Source: Minisyncoccota bacterium (GTDB lineage Bacteria; Patescibacteriota; Minisyncoccia; Phycocordibacterales; UBA9973). From it: a DNA stretch of 64,000 nucleotides. The translations under genes and the position numbers were made by a program. The stretch spans positions 244,468 through 308,467 of the forward strand of contig DASWWS010000001.1 of the NCBI GenBank assembly GCA_036405895.1, read 5' to 3'. Below the pieces are notes generated by a model. The model had not been told where the DNA came from. It saw only the letters and a list, made by a program, of their open reading frames with translations, and did not search any database. Positions within the stretch are counted from its first letter, which is position 1, and every line of letters begins with the position of its first letter. Positions 17,798-25,920 of the stretch are shown here, piece after piece.

Positions 17798-19390
17798 ATG
17801 AAAAAGACAACAACAATTTCGCTCGCAAAAACACTCTTCCATATTGAAGAAGATGCTTATGCTATTTTGGACGCATACTTGAACTCTGTTCGCACGCACT
17901 TTGCCCCACACCCTGACCGCGAAGAAATTCTCGCCGACATTGAAAGCCGCATTGCAGAGCGCTTTTCTGAAAATGGCACTGATATTATCACCACTACACA
18001 AGTAGAGTTTGTTATTGATGCAATGGGCTCGATTTCACAGTTTGATACTGAAGAGGGTGTTGAAGGTGCGGGTATGCAGAAAGCGACCAAGCGCCTGTAC
18101 CGAGACCCTGATACTCGAGTGCTTGCAGGTGTTGCCTCAGGACTTGGGTACTATCTCGGTGTAGACCGCACGATTATCCGCGTACTCTTTGTTGTTTCTA
18201 TCTTTTTCGGAGGGTTTGGAGTAATTGCGTACTTGGTGCTCTGGATCGCAACTCCGCTTGCCAAAAGCGCTGCGCAGAAACTTGAAATGCACGGGCTTCC
18301 AGTCACCCTTAAGGCAATGAGCGAAGTAGTGCGCGAGCGCTTTGAAGAAATTGACGAGAAGCGTATTACCGACGGTGCAAAAAATCTTGGCACTGCAATT
18401 GAGCGCGGAGCAAATGAAGTAGTTGCCCTATTAGGCCCAATTTTCCGAGTAATTGCCGGAACGGTGCTCACTGTAACCGGGCTTATCGGCGCTGCCGCAA
18501 TGACTATTTTTGCCGCTCTTGCCCTCTTTGACATGCCGGAGAAATTCTTTGGACCAAGTGCGGCGGCTCTCCTTACTGGTCCGTACTACTATCTTGCAGT
18601 GCTTGCAACCTATGTCGCACTCGTCCTTCCTATAGTAATTGTCCTTCTGTGGGGCATTGGCATTCTTCGCAAGAAAAGCCTCTTCACTAGTATCAACACC
18701 ATGGTAATTGCTGCTGTAGTTTGGTTCTTTGCAATTGTTCTTGCCGGAGTTACTGTATCGCGCCTTGCATATCGTATAAATGAGGCCATGCAAAACGACC
18801 CGAGCGTTATTGCACAGACGGTAGTGCTTCCTGTTGAAGCTTTTGGATCATTGAGTGTGTCTGATGCAAAACGTGTGAACATTGTCATTGGCGACGAATA
18901 CAAAGTTGAAATGAATGGCTCTCATGCGGGTATTGATCGGACTTCAGCTGCTGTAATAGACGGTGTACTGACAATATCCGGCAATGATGTAGCCCCTGTG
19001 TGCATGTTCTGTCCTCACGCACCGCTTTCTATCACTGTTACAGTGCCGACTCTCGCTGCGATTACTCTTCATGATGCAGCGCGTGTAGAGGGATCGCTCA
19101 ATGCAAGCAATCTTATTGTTGTCATGACGGACGCAAGCCGTTTGACTCTTTCAGGGAGCGCAACAACAGTAGAAGTTACCGCAAGCGATGCTTCGCGATT
19201 TGACGGAGCAACCTTCCCTGTCAAAAGCGCCCGCATTATTTCCCGCGACGCTGCACGTGTGATGATTAGCGCAGACACTATTTTGGTGGTGGACGCGTAC
19301 GGTGCCAGCCGTGTGACCTATGCGCACTCTCCTGAATTGAGTGTCAAAAAGTCCGACGATGCAAAAGTAGTGCCAGCCGGAGAAGAGTAG
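17798..19390 (+). CDS. Membrane protein with PspC domain and C-terminal DUF4097-like beta-rich domain
   Basis: RLYRDPDTRVLAGVASGLGYYLGVDRTIIRVLFVVSIFFGGFGVIAYLVLWI PspC motif; several TM helices; repeated ASR/TL beta segments. Confidence 0.6.
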   Translation: MKKTTTISLAKTLFHIEEDAYAILDAYLNSVRTHFAPHPDREEILADIESRIAERFSENGTDIITTTQVEFVIDAMGSISQFDTEEGVEGAGMQKATKRLYRDPDTRVLAGVASGLGYYLGVDRTIIRVLFVVSIFFGGFGVIAYLVLWIATPLAKSAAQKLEMHGLPVTLKAMSEVVRERFEEIDEKRITDGAKNLGTAIERGANEVVALLGPIFRVIAGTVLTVTGLIGAAAMTIFAALALFDMPEKFFGPSAAALLTGPYYYLAVLATYVALVLPIVIVLLWGIGILRKKSLFTSINTMVIAAVVWFFAIVLAGVTVSRLAYRINEAMQNDPSVIAQTVVLPVEAFGSLSVSDAKRVNIVIGDEYKVEMNGSHAGIDRTSAAVIDGVLTISGNDVAPVCMFCPHAPLSITVTVPTLAAITLHDAARVEGSLNASNLIVVMTDASRLTLSGSATTVEVTASDASRFDGATFPVKSARIISRDAARVMISADTILVVDAYGASRVTYAHSPELSVKKSDDAKVVPAGEE

Positions 19391-19447
19391 TCTATACTTA
19401 TTATAGGCTCTCGGGCCTCCTTACTAGATTATTTCCCCAAAACGCAT

Positions 19448-19654
19448 ATGCTACGATGGAGTGTTATTTTCCTTATCATTGCCCTCATTGCCGCTCTCTT
19501 CGGATTCGGTAACGTGGCAGGTGTTGCGATTGAAATCGCTAAAATCATTTTCTTTGTGTTCTTGGTATTGTTCGTTATCACGCTTGTTGCTGGAGGTCTC
19601 TTCGTCAAGAAGGTGAAGAACACCATCGACGACACATTCTCTGCGAACAAATAA
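19448..19654 (+). CDS. UPF0391/DUF1328 small membrane protein
   Basis: MLRWSVIFLIIALIAALFGFGNVAGVAIEIAKIIFFVFLVLF near-canonical DUF1328. Confidence 0.6.
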   Translation: MLRWSVIFLIIALIAALFGFGNVAGVAIEIAKIIFFVFLVLFVITLVAGGLFVKKVKNTIDDTFSANK

Positions 19655-19674
19655 GTTCTCTCTATCTGAAAAAC

Positions 19675-19700
19675 AAAAAACTGCCCATGGGCAGTTTTTT
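19675..19700. terminator. Bidirectional intrinsic terminator
   Basis: aaaaCTGCCcatgGGCAGtttttt. Confidence 0.6.
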
Positions 19701-19715
19701 GTTTCATCAGGTCTA

Positions 19716-20279
19716 TTAGTATTTTCGCATCACTCCGCGGACGATTGCCACAATCTCAAGGCTCTCTGTCGGATAGATGTTTTTAAATGCCTTGTTGGCT
19801 GGTTCGAGCCATACTTTCTCGCCTTTCTGTTTAAAATATTTCATAGTGAACTCGCCATCGACATTTGCAATCACAATGTCGCCGTCTTTTGCGCGGTTCG
19901 TACGCTCGGCTATTACCATGTCTCCGTCTGCAATGTGCGCCTCAATCATAGAGTCTCCGTCCACTTCCAACAAATAGGTGCTCTCGCGCTTGCGCACCAT
20001 GTAGTCTTCGATATTGAGCGTGTCGGTGAGCATCTCGCCGGGTGCCGGCAAGCCCGCTTTCACTAAGCCCGCCATCGGAAGTTCGTCAAAGCTTGCACTT
20101 GGAATAAGGTGCCCGAGCTTGTCTTTCATTACTATCCCCGCTGCGATCATTTTTGTTACAACGCGCGATACTGCATTTTTGGATTTAAAGCCAAAGAGCG
20201 CCATCATTTCCGTATAAGACGGCATGCGGCGTTTATTTTGATAGAACTGTATTACTTTGGCTTGGTAGTCTCCTTCCAT
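19716..20279 (-). CDS. lexA: LexA repressor (S24 peptidase)
   Basis: N-terminal wHTH aligned to LexA; VDGDSMIEAHIADGDMV (Ser) and ...FTMKYF (Lys) catalytic dyad context; start placed at MEGDYQ (alt. ORF-track start 20306). Confidence 0.85.
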   Translation of the reverse strand: MEGDYQAKVIQFYQNKRRMPSYTEMMALFGFKSKNAVSRVVTKMIAAGIVMKDKLGHLIPSASFDELPMAGLVKAGLPAPGEMLTDTLNIEDYMVRKRESTYLLEVDGDSMIEAHIADGDMVIAERTNRAKDGDIVIANVDGEFTMKYFKQKGEKVWLEPANKAFKNIYPTESLEIVAIVRGVMRKY

Positions 20280-20280
20280 A

Positions 20281-20481
20281 CTAGTAGTTTCCGAAAACGC
20301 GAGCAAGGATTCCTTTGCGTGCTCGTGCTCTCATCGCTATACGTCTCATTGTATAACTATTGGATAGCGTAGGAAAGCCAGCAAGTACTGTGTGGGGTGC
20401 AACACGCGGTGCGCTGACTACGCTTCGCAGGCGCTCTATCTCTGAACTCACGAGCTGTTTGAATGGAGTGATTGTTCTCAT
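20281..20481 (-). CDS. Small basic hypothetical protein immediately upstream of lexA
   Basis: 66-aa ORF abutting lexA start; Arg-rich; coding status uncertain. Confidence 0.2.
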   Translation of the reverse strand: MRTITPFKQLVSSEIERLRSVVSAPRVAPHTVLAGFPTLSNSYTMRRIAMRARARKGILARVFGNY

Positions 20482-20493
20482 GGCAATAATTAA

Positions 20494-20682
20494 TTAGTTG
20501 AATGCGAGTAATAGTCGACTAAAAATTGAAGCACTGCTCTGGCGGCGGATTTGTGAAAGGAGCTGTTTGTGCTTTCGGGATTCTTCGGCGTATTTTTGTC
20601 CGCGAAGAATCTTTGCGTCGATTCGCTCGTTGAGACGAGCAAGTTCAAGTTCGATTGCTTTGGTGTATTGTGTGCGAGTCAT
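20494..20682 (-). CDS. Small coiled-coil protein, first gene of putative lexA operon
   Basis: 62 aa, helical heptads; preceded by SOS-box-like palindrome. Confidence 0.35.
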   Translation of the reverse strand: MTRTQYTKAIELELARLNERIDAKILRGQKYAEESRKHKQLLSQIRRQSSASIFSRLLLAFN

Positions 20683-20734
20683 ATACTTCTTTTATCAGTC
20701 GTTATTACTAATGGCGACCTCAAAATAAGTATAG

Positions 20735-20750
20735 GTGAACGAACGTTCAC
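20735..20750. promoter_or_regulatory. Candidate LexA (Cheo-box-like) operator tGAACgaacGTTCa
   Basis: GAAC-N4-GTTC matching CGAACRNRYGTTYC core, ~55 nt upstream of the 62-aa ORF start that heads the lexA operon. Confidence 0.35.
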
Positions 20751-20809
20751 ATGCAAGTGGATTACTCTACTATTTTATAACAGAACATGTTTAAAAGTTC
20801 GTGTCGAGA

Positions 20810-21088
20810 TTAGTAGTTGTAATACGTTGTCGTTGTTGTATTTTGCGGAGTGCTTGTAGTCGTGTAGCTAGAAGAGCTGTCAGAAGAATAGTAGCTCTGG
20901 CTTCGAGAGCTTGATACAGGAGAGATACCGCGCACTACAGTGCCTGCGCTTGCAGGAGCTGTAGTGGTGTACCAGCGGTTAGTAACAACGCCGCGGGTCG
21001 CAACGCGCGGTGAAAAATACACAATAACTGCAAGGATTGCGATGATAAGAAAGAGTGCGAGTAGTGTTCGGTCGGTAGATTCAGTCAT
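20810..21088 (-). CDS. Membrane-anchored Ser/Thr/Tyr-rich small protein
   Basis: N-terminal TM then low-complexity S/T/Y tail. Confidence 0.3.
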   Translation of the reverse strand: MTESTDRTLLALFLIIAILAVIVYFSPRVATRGVVTNRWYTTTAPASAGTVVRGISPVSSSRSQSYYSSDSSSSYTTTSTPQNTTTTTYYNY

Positions 21089-21405
21089 AAGAATATATGT
21101 GAATTAAGTTCTTATAATATGGAGCCCTTTAATAACCTGACGAGTCAGAATGCATAAGGGTTACACTGGTTCATATTATGCCATATTTTCATATAAAAAG
21201 CAATTAATAGCGAGTTAAATTAATTATGAAGGCGTTTTATTCTCGTCAGCTCACCTATTTTGAATATGACTCTTTATAGTTAGTTTTGGAACCGTCCATT
21301 TAAAGAATTACATAGTTGGAAAAACTCTAGCTTTAATTAATTCAATTACTGAGCAATAAATTGTTTCACATTTTTTATTTAAGAATAGTTTTAAAAGATG
21401 GATAA

Positions 21406-22263
21406 TTATTTTCTATATCGATTTAACAAGTATAAAATTTTATTTAATTCAAGCCAAAGATATACATATTCCTTTTCGGTGAAAATTTTAGGTTGCCCCT
21501 CTTGTTCGTGATGAATATTTTTAATTACATAATCAACAAGATTTTCAAATTCTGTATTGTTTCCATCAAATAATATATTCGATAATTCTCTTTTATTGTG
21601 CAGTCTCGGAAAAGTACCATCTCCTTTTTTATAATTATTTTGTAAAGTATTTTCAACTACTTTTTTGAGGTTACCTAGAGATTCATTGTAAAATAGTTTA
21701 TTATTTTTAGTTTTCTCTTTCTTATATAATAGAAAATCTGATACACATTTTTCATATCGTATTTTGTTATCTCCTCCTAGATCATCTCTATTAGAATTAA
21801 CAAGCTCAATACTTGCTTTATCAAGTTTTCTTTTAAACACGTGAGCTTTTTTGTCATAATAAAAATCAATATTGAAGACACTTGAATTTTCAGATTCTAT
21901 TACTAAATCAGTTAATTTAATAACCATAGTCTTCAAGTTGCTTCGTAAATCAAAAGGTACTTGATCGAAATTCCAAACTTCTTTTTTAAGATAAAGTATT
22001 ATATTAGGTAGTAGTTCATTAAAAAATGATAAAAAAATATCTTGTTCTCCACTTAGATACCCTTTCTTTAAATAATCCATTATGGTATGACCACTTCTTC
22101 TTTCGGGGCTATATCTATACTGTGAATTAATATCATCTGTAAGAAGATATGGTAATACTTCAGTTCTTTCGGCACTATCAAGCAGTTCACACGTAACCTC
22201 AAAAAAATTTTGATAGCCGTGTGCAAATTGCTCTAAATTGAGTTTTGGAAATTTATCATCCAT
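21406..22263 (-). CDS. Hypothetical protein, AT-rich island gene B (285 aa)
   Basis: Long clean ORF in ~30% GC DNA; K/N/Y/F-rich; no family motif recognised. Confidence 0.5.
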   Translation of the reverse strand: MDDKFPKLNLEQFAHGYQNFFEVTCELLDSAERTEVLPYLLTDDINSQYRYSPERRSGHTIMDYLKKGYLSGEQDIFLSFFNELLPNIILYLKKEVWNFDQVPFDLRSNLKTMVIKLTDLVIESENSSVFNIDFYYDKKAHVFKRKLDKASIELVNSNRDDLGGDNKIRYEKCVSDFLLYKKEKTKNNKLFYNESLGNLKKVVENTLQNNYKKGDGTFPRLHNKRELSNILFDGNNTEFENLVDYVIKNIHHEQEGQPKIFTEKEYVYLWLELNKILYLLNRYRK

Positions 22264-22297
22264 ACAGATATTTTAGCAAAAGTGATAAATTACACCT

Positions 22298-22771
22298 CTA
22301 TTGATCTTGTTGGTAAACCCACTCATTTAGAATATTTGCGATATTTTCTATTTCTTTTTGAACCCACAATATACAAGCTTCTTTAATATTTGAACAATTC
22401 AATGTCCTCATGGAGTTTGATATTTCTTTTTCGGTTTCATCTGTGAGATACCATAGAGGATTATAGATATTCACCTCGATGATTTTCTCAACAATCTTTT
22501 CTTGGATAAACTTTTTATCTGCTTCATACCCATAATATTCATATAAATTAAACACTAATTGAGCTGCGTGTGCCCATAAATCCTTACTTTGCTCACCACG
22601 AAGCCCAAGAATCATCTCGAGTTCATTTCCAGGAGTAGTCTCTATTTTGTGTGTTTTGAAAAGTTTTATAAGACTTCCCGATGGATTTTTAAATAAGGTA
22701 TAACCTTCTTTACTATTCTGATATGCATCTCTGAATTGGTTAATCCTATTTGTTTTATCTAGTGTAGACAT
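22298..22771 (-). CDS. Hypothetical protein, AT-rich island gene A (157 aa)
   Basis: Clean ORF 34 nt upstream of gene B, same strand; TGtTATAAT-like -10 about 8 nt before ATG. Confidence 0.5.
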   Translation of the reverse strand: MSTLDKTNRINQFRDAYQNSKEGYTLFKNPSGSLIKLFKTHKIETTPGNELEMILGLRGEQSKDLWAHAAQLVFNLYEYYGYEADKKFIQEKIVEKIIEVNIYNPLWYLTDETEKEISNSMRTLNCSNIKEACILWVQKEIENIANILNEWVYQQDQ

Positions 22772-22907
22772 GATTCATATTATAACACAAACTTGATATT
22801 AAAATAGATGAAATATCTATCTCTTTTAAAAACAAAAAGAGGGTTTTACAGGAAAAAGCATTGAAAGAGCGTGCGCACATGTATCAATTTTTGTCAGCAT
22901 ATTAGGA

Positions 22908-23783
22908 ATGCGCTATGATAGAGCTATTCCTATGAAATCGTTCCTTCGTCTCATCAAGCGTGCCTCCCGCCACTACGGCAAACACAATGCGTCACGCATG
23001 GGGGCGGCACTGTCGTATTACGCTATTTTTTCAATTGCACCGTTAACTATCCTTATCATTGCATTGGTAGGCTCTATTTTCGGAACTACGCTTGCCGAGA
23101 GCAGTGTTGTAACGCAACTTGACCGAGTGATTGGAAGCGGGGCCGGAGATTTTATCGGCGCAATCATTAAAAGCACAACACGGCACTCTTTAGGGACTAT
23201 CGGCACAATCGTAAGCATTGCCACCATTTTATTCGGCTCAATCAGCGTGCTCTCTGTTCTCGATACATCGCTTGATGAACTCTGGGAGACAAAAACTGAA
23301 AAAGAAGTCGAACCCCGTCCCTTCTTTGCCAAAATATGGAGCGCTGTCCAGCGAAAGTTTCCCGCATTTTCCCTGATTCCCATTATGGCTCTCCTCTTTT
23401 TGTTCTTTATTGCAATCAGCGTTTTCCTCTCTTTGTACCAAGAAAATTTTGGTGGTGTTCCGGGCTTTGCCATCATGGCAAATTTGATTGAACCAGTTGC
23501 ACTCTTTTTATTTGGTACTGCATTTTTTGCCTTCATCTACCGCATCTTGCCCGACAGTACGCTTCCTACACGAGCTATTCTTCTGGGCGCCATTGTTACT
23601 TCAGCACTCTTTTTGCTTGGTCGTATAATCATCGGTCTTTATATTGCGCATTTTGCTAACACTACCCTCTACGGAGCCGCAGCATCGCTTGTAGCGCTGT
23701 TGATTTGGATATACTACTCAGCCCAAGTATTTTTTTACGGCGCGTCTCTGACATACGTTTATGCGAAGAATCTCCAGAAATAA
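22908..23783 (+). CDS. yihY: YihY/BrkB family membrane protein
   Basis: MGAALSYYAIFSIAPLTILIIALVG signature, 6 TM. Confidence 0.8.
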   Translation: MRYDRAIPMKSFLRLIKRASRHYGKHNASRMGAALSYYAIFSIAPLTILIIALVGSIFGTTLAESSVVTQLDRVIGSGAGDFIGAIIKSTTRHSLGTIGTIVSIATILFGSISVLSVLDTSLDELWETKTEKEVEPRPFFAKIWSAVQRKFPAFSLIPIMALLFLFFIAISVFLSLYQENFGGVPGFAIMANLIEPVALFLFGTAFFAFIYRILPDSTLPTRAILLGAIVTSALFLLGRIIIGLYIAHFANTTLYGAAASLVALLIWIYYSAQVFFYGASLTYVYAKNLQK

Positions 23784-23796
23784 GAAAATATAAAAA

Positions 23797-23822
23797 CTCC
23801 CGCAGAGCGCGGGAGTTTTTAT
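23797..23822. terminator. Bidirectional intrinsic terminator
   Basis: CTCCCGC-aga-GCGGGAG + TTTTT. Confidence 0.65.
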
Positions 23823-23831
23823 ATTGAAGTA

Positions 23832-24158
23832 TTAGTTACCAGGGCAGGCAGCGAATTCGCAGCGAGGTCCTTGGCGTCCGACATAGGTTCCGTCAGGACA
23901 CTGTTTTGCTTCCATCGTGCAGGCAGTGAATCCGCCTTTTCCGTCCACTGATACGTCAGGCGCTGGCTGTGGGCGGGGTTCGGGAGTTGGATTCATGTCG
24001 TTGCTCCAATCATTACTGTCATCGTTAAAATCTCGGTCCATTTGGCTTGGTGTATTGTCTTCCACAACAGGCTTTTTCATTTGCATAGAGCCATACGCAA
24101 TAAGCCCGAATAAAATAACAATGCTGGCAACGGTAAGGATAATCGTGTTTTTATTCAT
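23832..24158 (-). CDS. Small secreted/anchored protein with C-terminal 4-Cys module
   Basis: N-terminal TM; tail GGFTACTMEAKQCPDGTYVGRQGPRCEFAACPGN. Confidence 0.4.
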   Translation of the reverse strand: MNKNTIILTVASIVILFGLIAYGSMQMKKPVVEDNTPSQMDRDFNDDSNDWSNDMNPTPEPRPQPAPDVSVDGKGGFTACTMEAKQCPDGTYVGRQGPRCEFAACPGN

Positions 24159-24174
24159 AAGTTTCAGTATATCA

Positions 24175-25920
24175 CTAACTCGTGCGCTTGTTGCCCATAA
24201 TCATCGTTACTGCATGGTCAAGAGACCCGGCTGGAGTAATAGTGCCGCCATTGACGAAGAATATCTCGTCGGCGCGCTCAATGGTGTTGAGTCGGTGCGC
24301 GATGATGACAAGCGTCGTTTCTTTTGGCAGTTTCTTGAGGATATCTTCGAGGAGCTGCTCGGTGACCGTGTCGATGTTTGCGGTGGCTTCGTCGAGAATG
24401 AGAAGTTTAGGGTGGCGCACCACTGCGCGCATAAAGGCGATTACTTGACGCTGCCCTAAGCTAATTGTCTCCCCTCCTCCGCCGACAACCGTATCAAGGC
24501 CGTTTTCAAATTTGCTGACAAGTTCGGTAAGTCCGAATTCTTTTACCAGTGCTTCAGCTTTCTCCTTTTCATACGTATCGCTTTGTCCGTAGAGAATATT
24601 TTCACCCACAGTGCCCGCAAACAAAAACGGTTCTTGCAGCAACATGCCAATATGCTGCGTGCGCTCGTGCGGTGTGTAGCTTCTAATATCTTTTCCTTCA
24701 AGCAGTATTGTCCCGGTTGTTGGATCAAAAAGGCGCGACATCAAAGACGCCGTAGTGGTTTTTCCGCCGCCTGTCGGACCAACCAGCGCATAAATTTTTC
24801 CAGGTTGAAGGGCAAATGAAATATCGTGGAGTACTTGCTTGCCTTCAGGATAACTAAAAGAAACATTGTTAAATTCCAGGAGTGAACCCGCAGCATTTGC
24901 AGACTCGTCCGGCACCATTACCAAGTCGCTTTCAAGCATAAGAATTGCATTGACGCGATCCCATCCTGCGAGCGCAATTTGAAATGACGCCCAAATTGCC
25001 GCAAGCTGTCTCAGTGGATTGTAAAACTGTATGACGTACGCAAGAAAGCTCACCAGTACACCGATAGTGATCGCGCCGGTGGTGATGAGATAGATCCCAT
25101 AGCCCAACACGGCAAGCTGCGCTATGTGGGCAAACAGCCCGTAGAGCGGGGTAAAGAGGTTGTTGGCGATCCCGGAATCCACCGCCGTAGCGAAATTTGT
25201 TTCGTTTGCCGCGGCAAAGTTGCTGCGCAAATAATCGCGCCGATTGAATGCAACCGTTACCTTAAAGTTATCGAGCCCTTGCTGCACTTCGGCGCTGAGG
25301 CTTCCGGACTGCTTCAGCGTTGCAACATTTTTTCGCTTGATCCATGGCGATACGGCGCGCGTAATGATAAAAAGAATCACCGCCGGAAGAATTGCCGCGA
25401 GAGCCAAGCGCCAATTCATAATGAAAATAAAAACAATCGTACCAAGCATCAATACTACGCTGCTGACAAGCTGTATCAGGGATTGAGAGAAAAAGTTGTT
25501 GAGCTTTGTCGTATCGTTGTTGATTCGGGAAATCAGGTCGCCTGACTTGTTTTGATTAAAGAATGCAACCGGCAGTTCTTGAAGCTTTGTAAAAATCGCA
25601 TTTCGAAGCGTATAGAGCATGCGCTGCGCAACACCGCCCATGATGGATGTTTGAAAATAGCCAGTAATGAATGTTCCCACGAATAATACCAAGAGTATGC
25701 CGGCGATGCCGATAAGCCCCGAATATTCTTTGGGAACAATATAGCGGTCGATCGCAATACCCATTACAAACGGCACAAGAAGGATAAGCGCCGAATTAAG
25801 GATGATTGCAGTAGTCGAAAGCACGAGCTGCTTTTTTTCATGCGCAACAAGACGGTAGAGCGTTTTGAGCGCTTTAGCGGTGGTAGTTTTTTGCGTATCG
25901 GTATTAAGTGTGTAATTCAT
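24175..25920 (-). CDS. ABC exporter, fused permease/ATPase (type I exporter, MsbA-like) subunit B
   Basis: 6 TM N-domain; Walker A GPTGGGKTT, LSGGQRQ, Walker B LILDEATA. Confidence 0.85.
   Translation of the reverse strand: MNYTLNTDTQKTTTAKALKTLYRLVAHEKKQLVLSTTAIILNSALILLVPFVMGIAIDRYIVPKEYSGLIGIAGILLVLFVGTFITGYFQTSIMGGVAQRMLYTLRNAIFTKLQELPVAFFNQNKSGDLISRINNDTTKLNNFFSQSLIQLVSSVVLMLGTIVFIFIMNWRLALAAILPAVILFIITRAVSPWIKRKNVATLKQSGSLSAEVQQGLDNFKVTVAFNRRDYLRSNFAAANETNFATAVDSGIANNLFTPLYGLFAHIAQLAVLGYGIYLITTGAITIGVLVSFLAYVIQFYNPLRQLAAIWASFQIALAGWDRVNAILMLESDLVMVPDESANAAGSLLEFNNVSFSYPEGKQVLHDISFALQPGKIYALVGPTGGGKTTTASLMSRLFDPTTGTILLEGKDIRSYTPHERTQHIGMLLQEPFLFAGTVGENILYGQSDTYEKEKAEALVKEFGLTELVSKFENGLDTVVGGGGETISLGQRQVIAFMRAVVRHPKLLILDEATANIDTVTEQLLEDILKKLPKETTLVIIAHRLNTIERADEIFFVNGGTITPAGSLDHAVTMIMGNKRTS

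Noticed and set aside
20306-20494. Inverted repeat CGAGCA-N14-TGCTCG near lexA 5' region as the LexA operator
   Set aside because: Lies inside the 66-aa ORF/lexA junction and does not fit any LexA box class; the GAAC-N4-GTTC site at 20737 is a better candidate.
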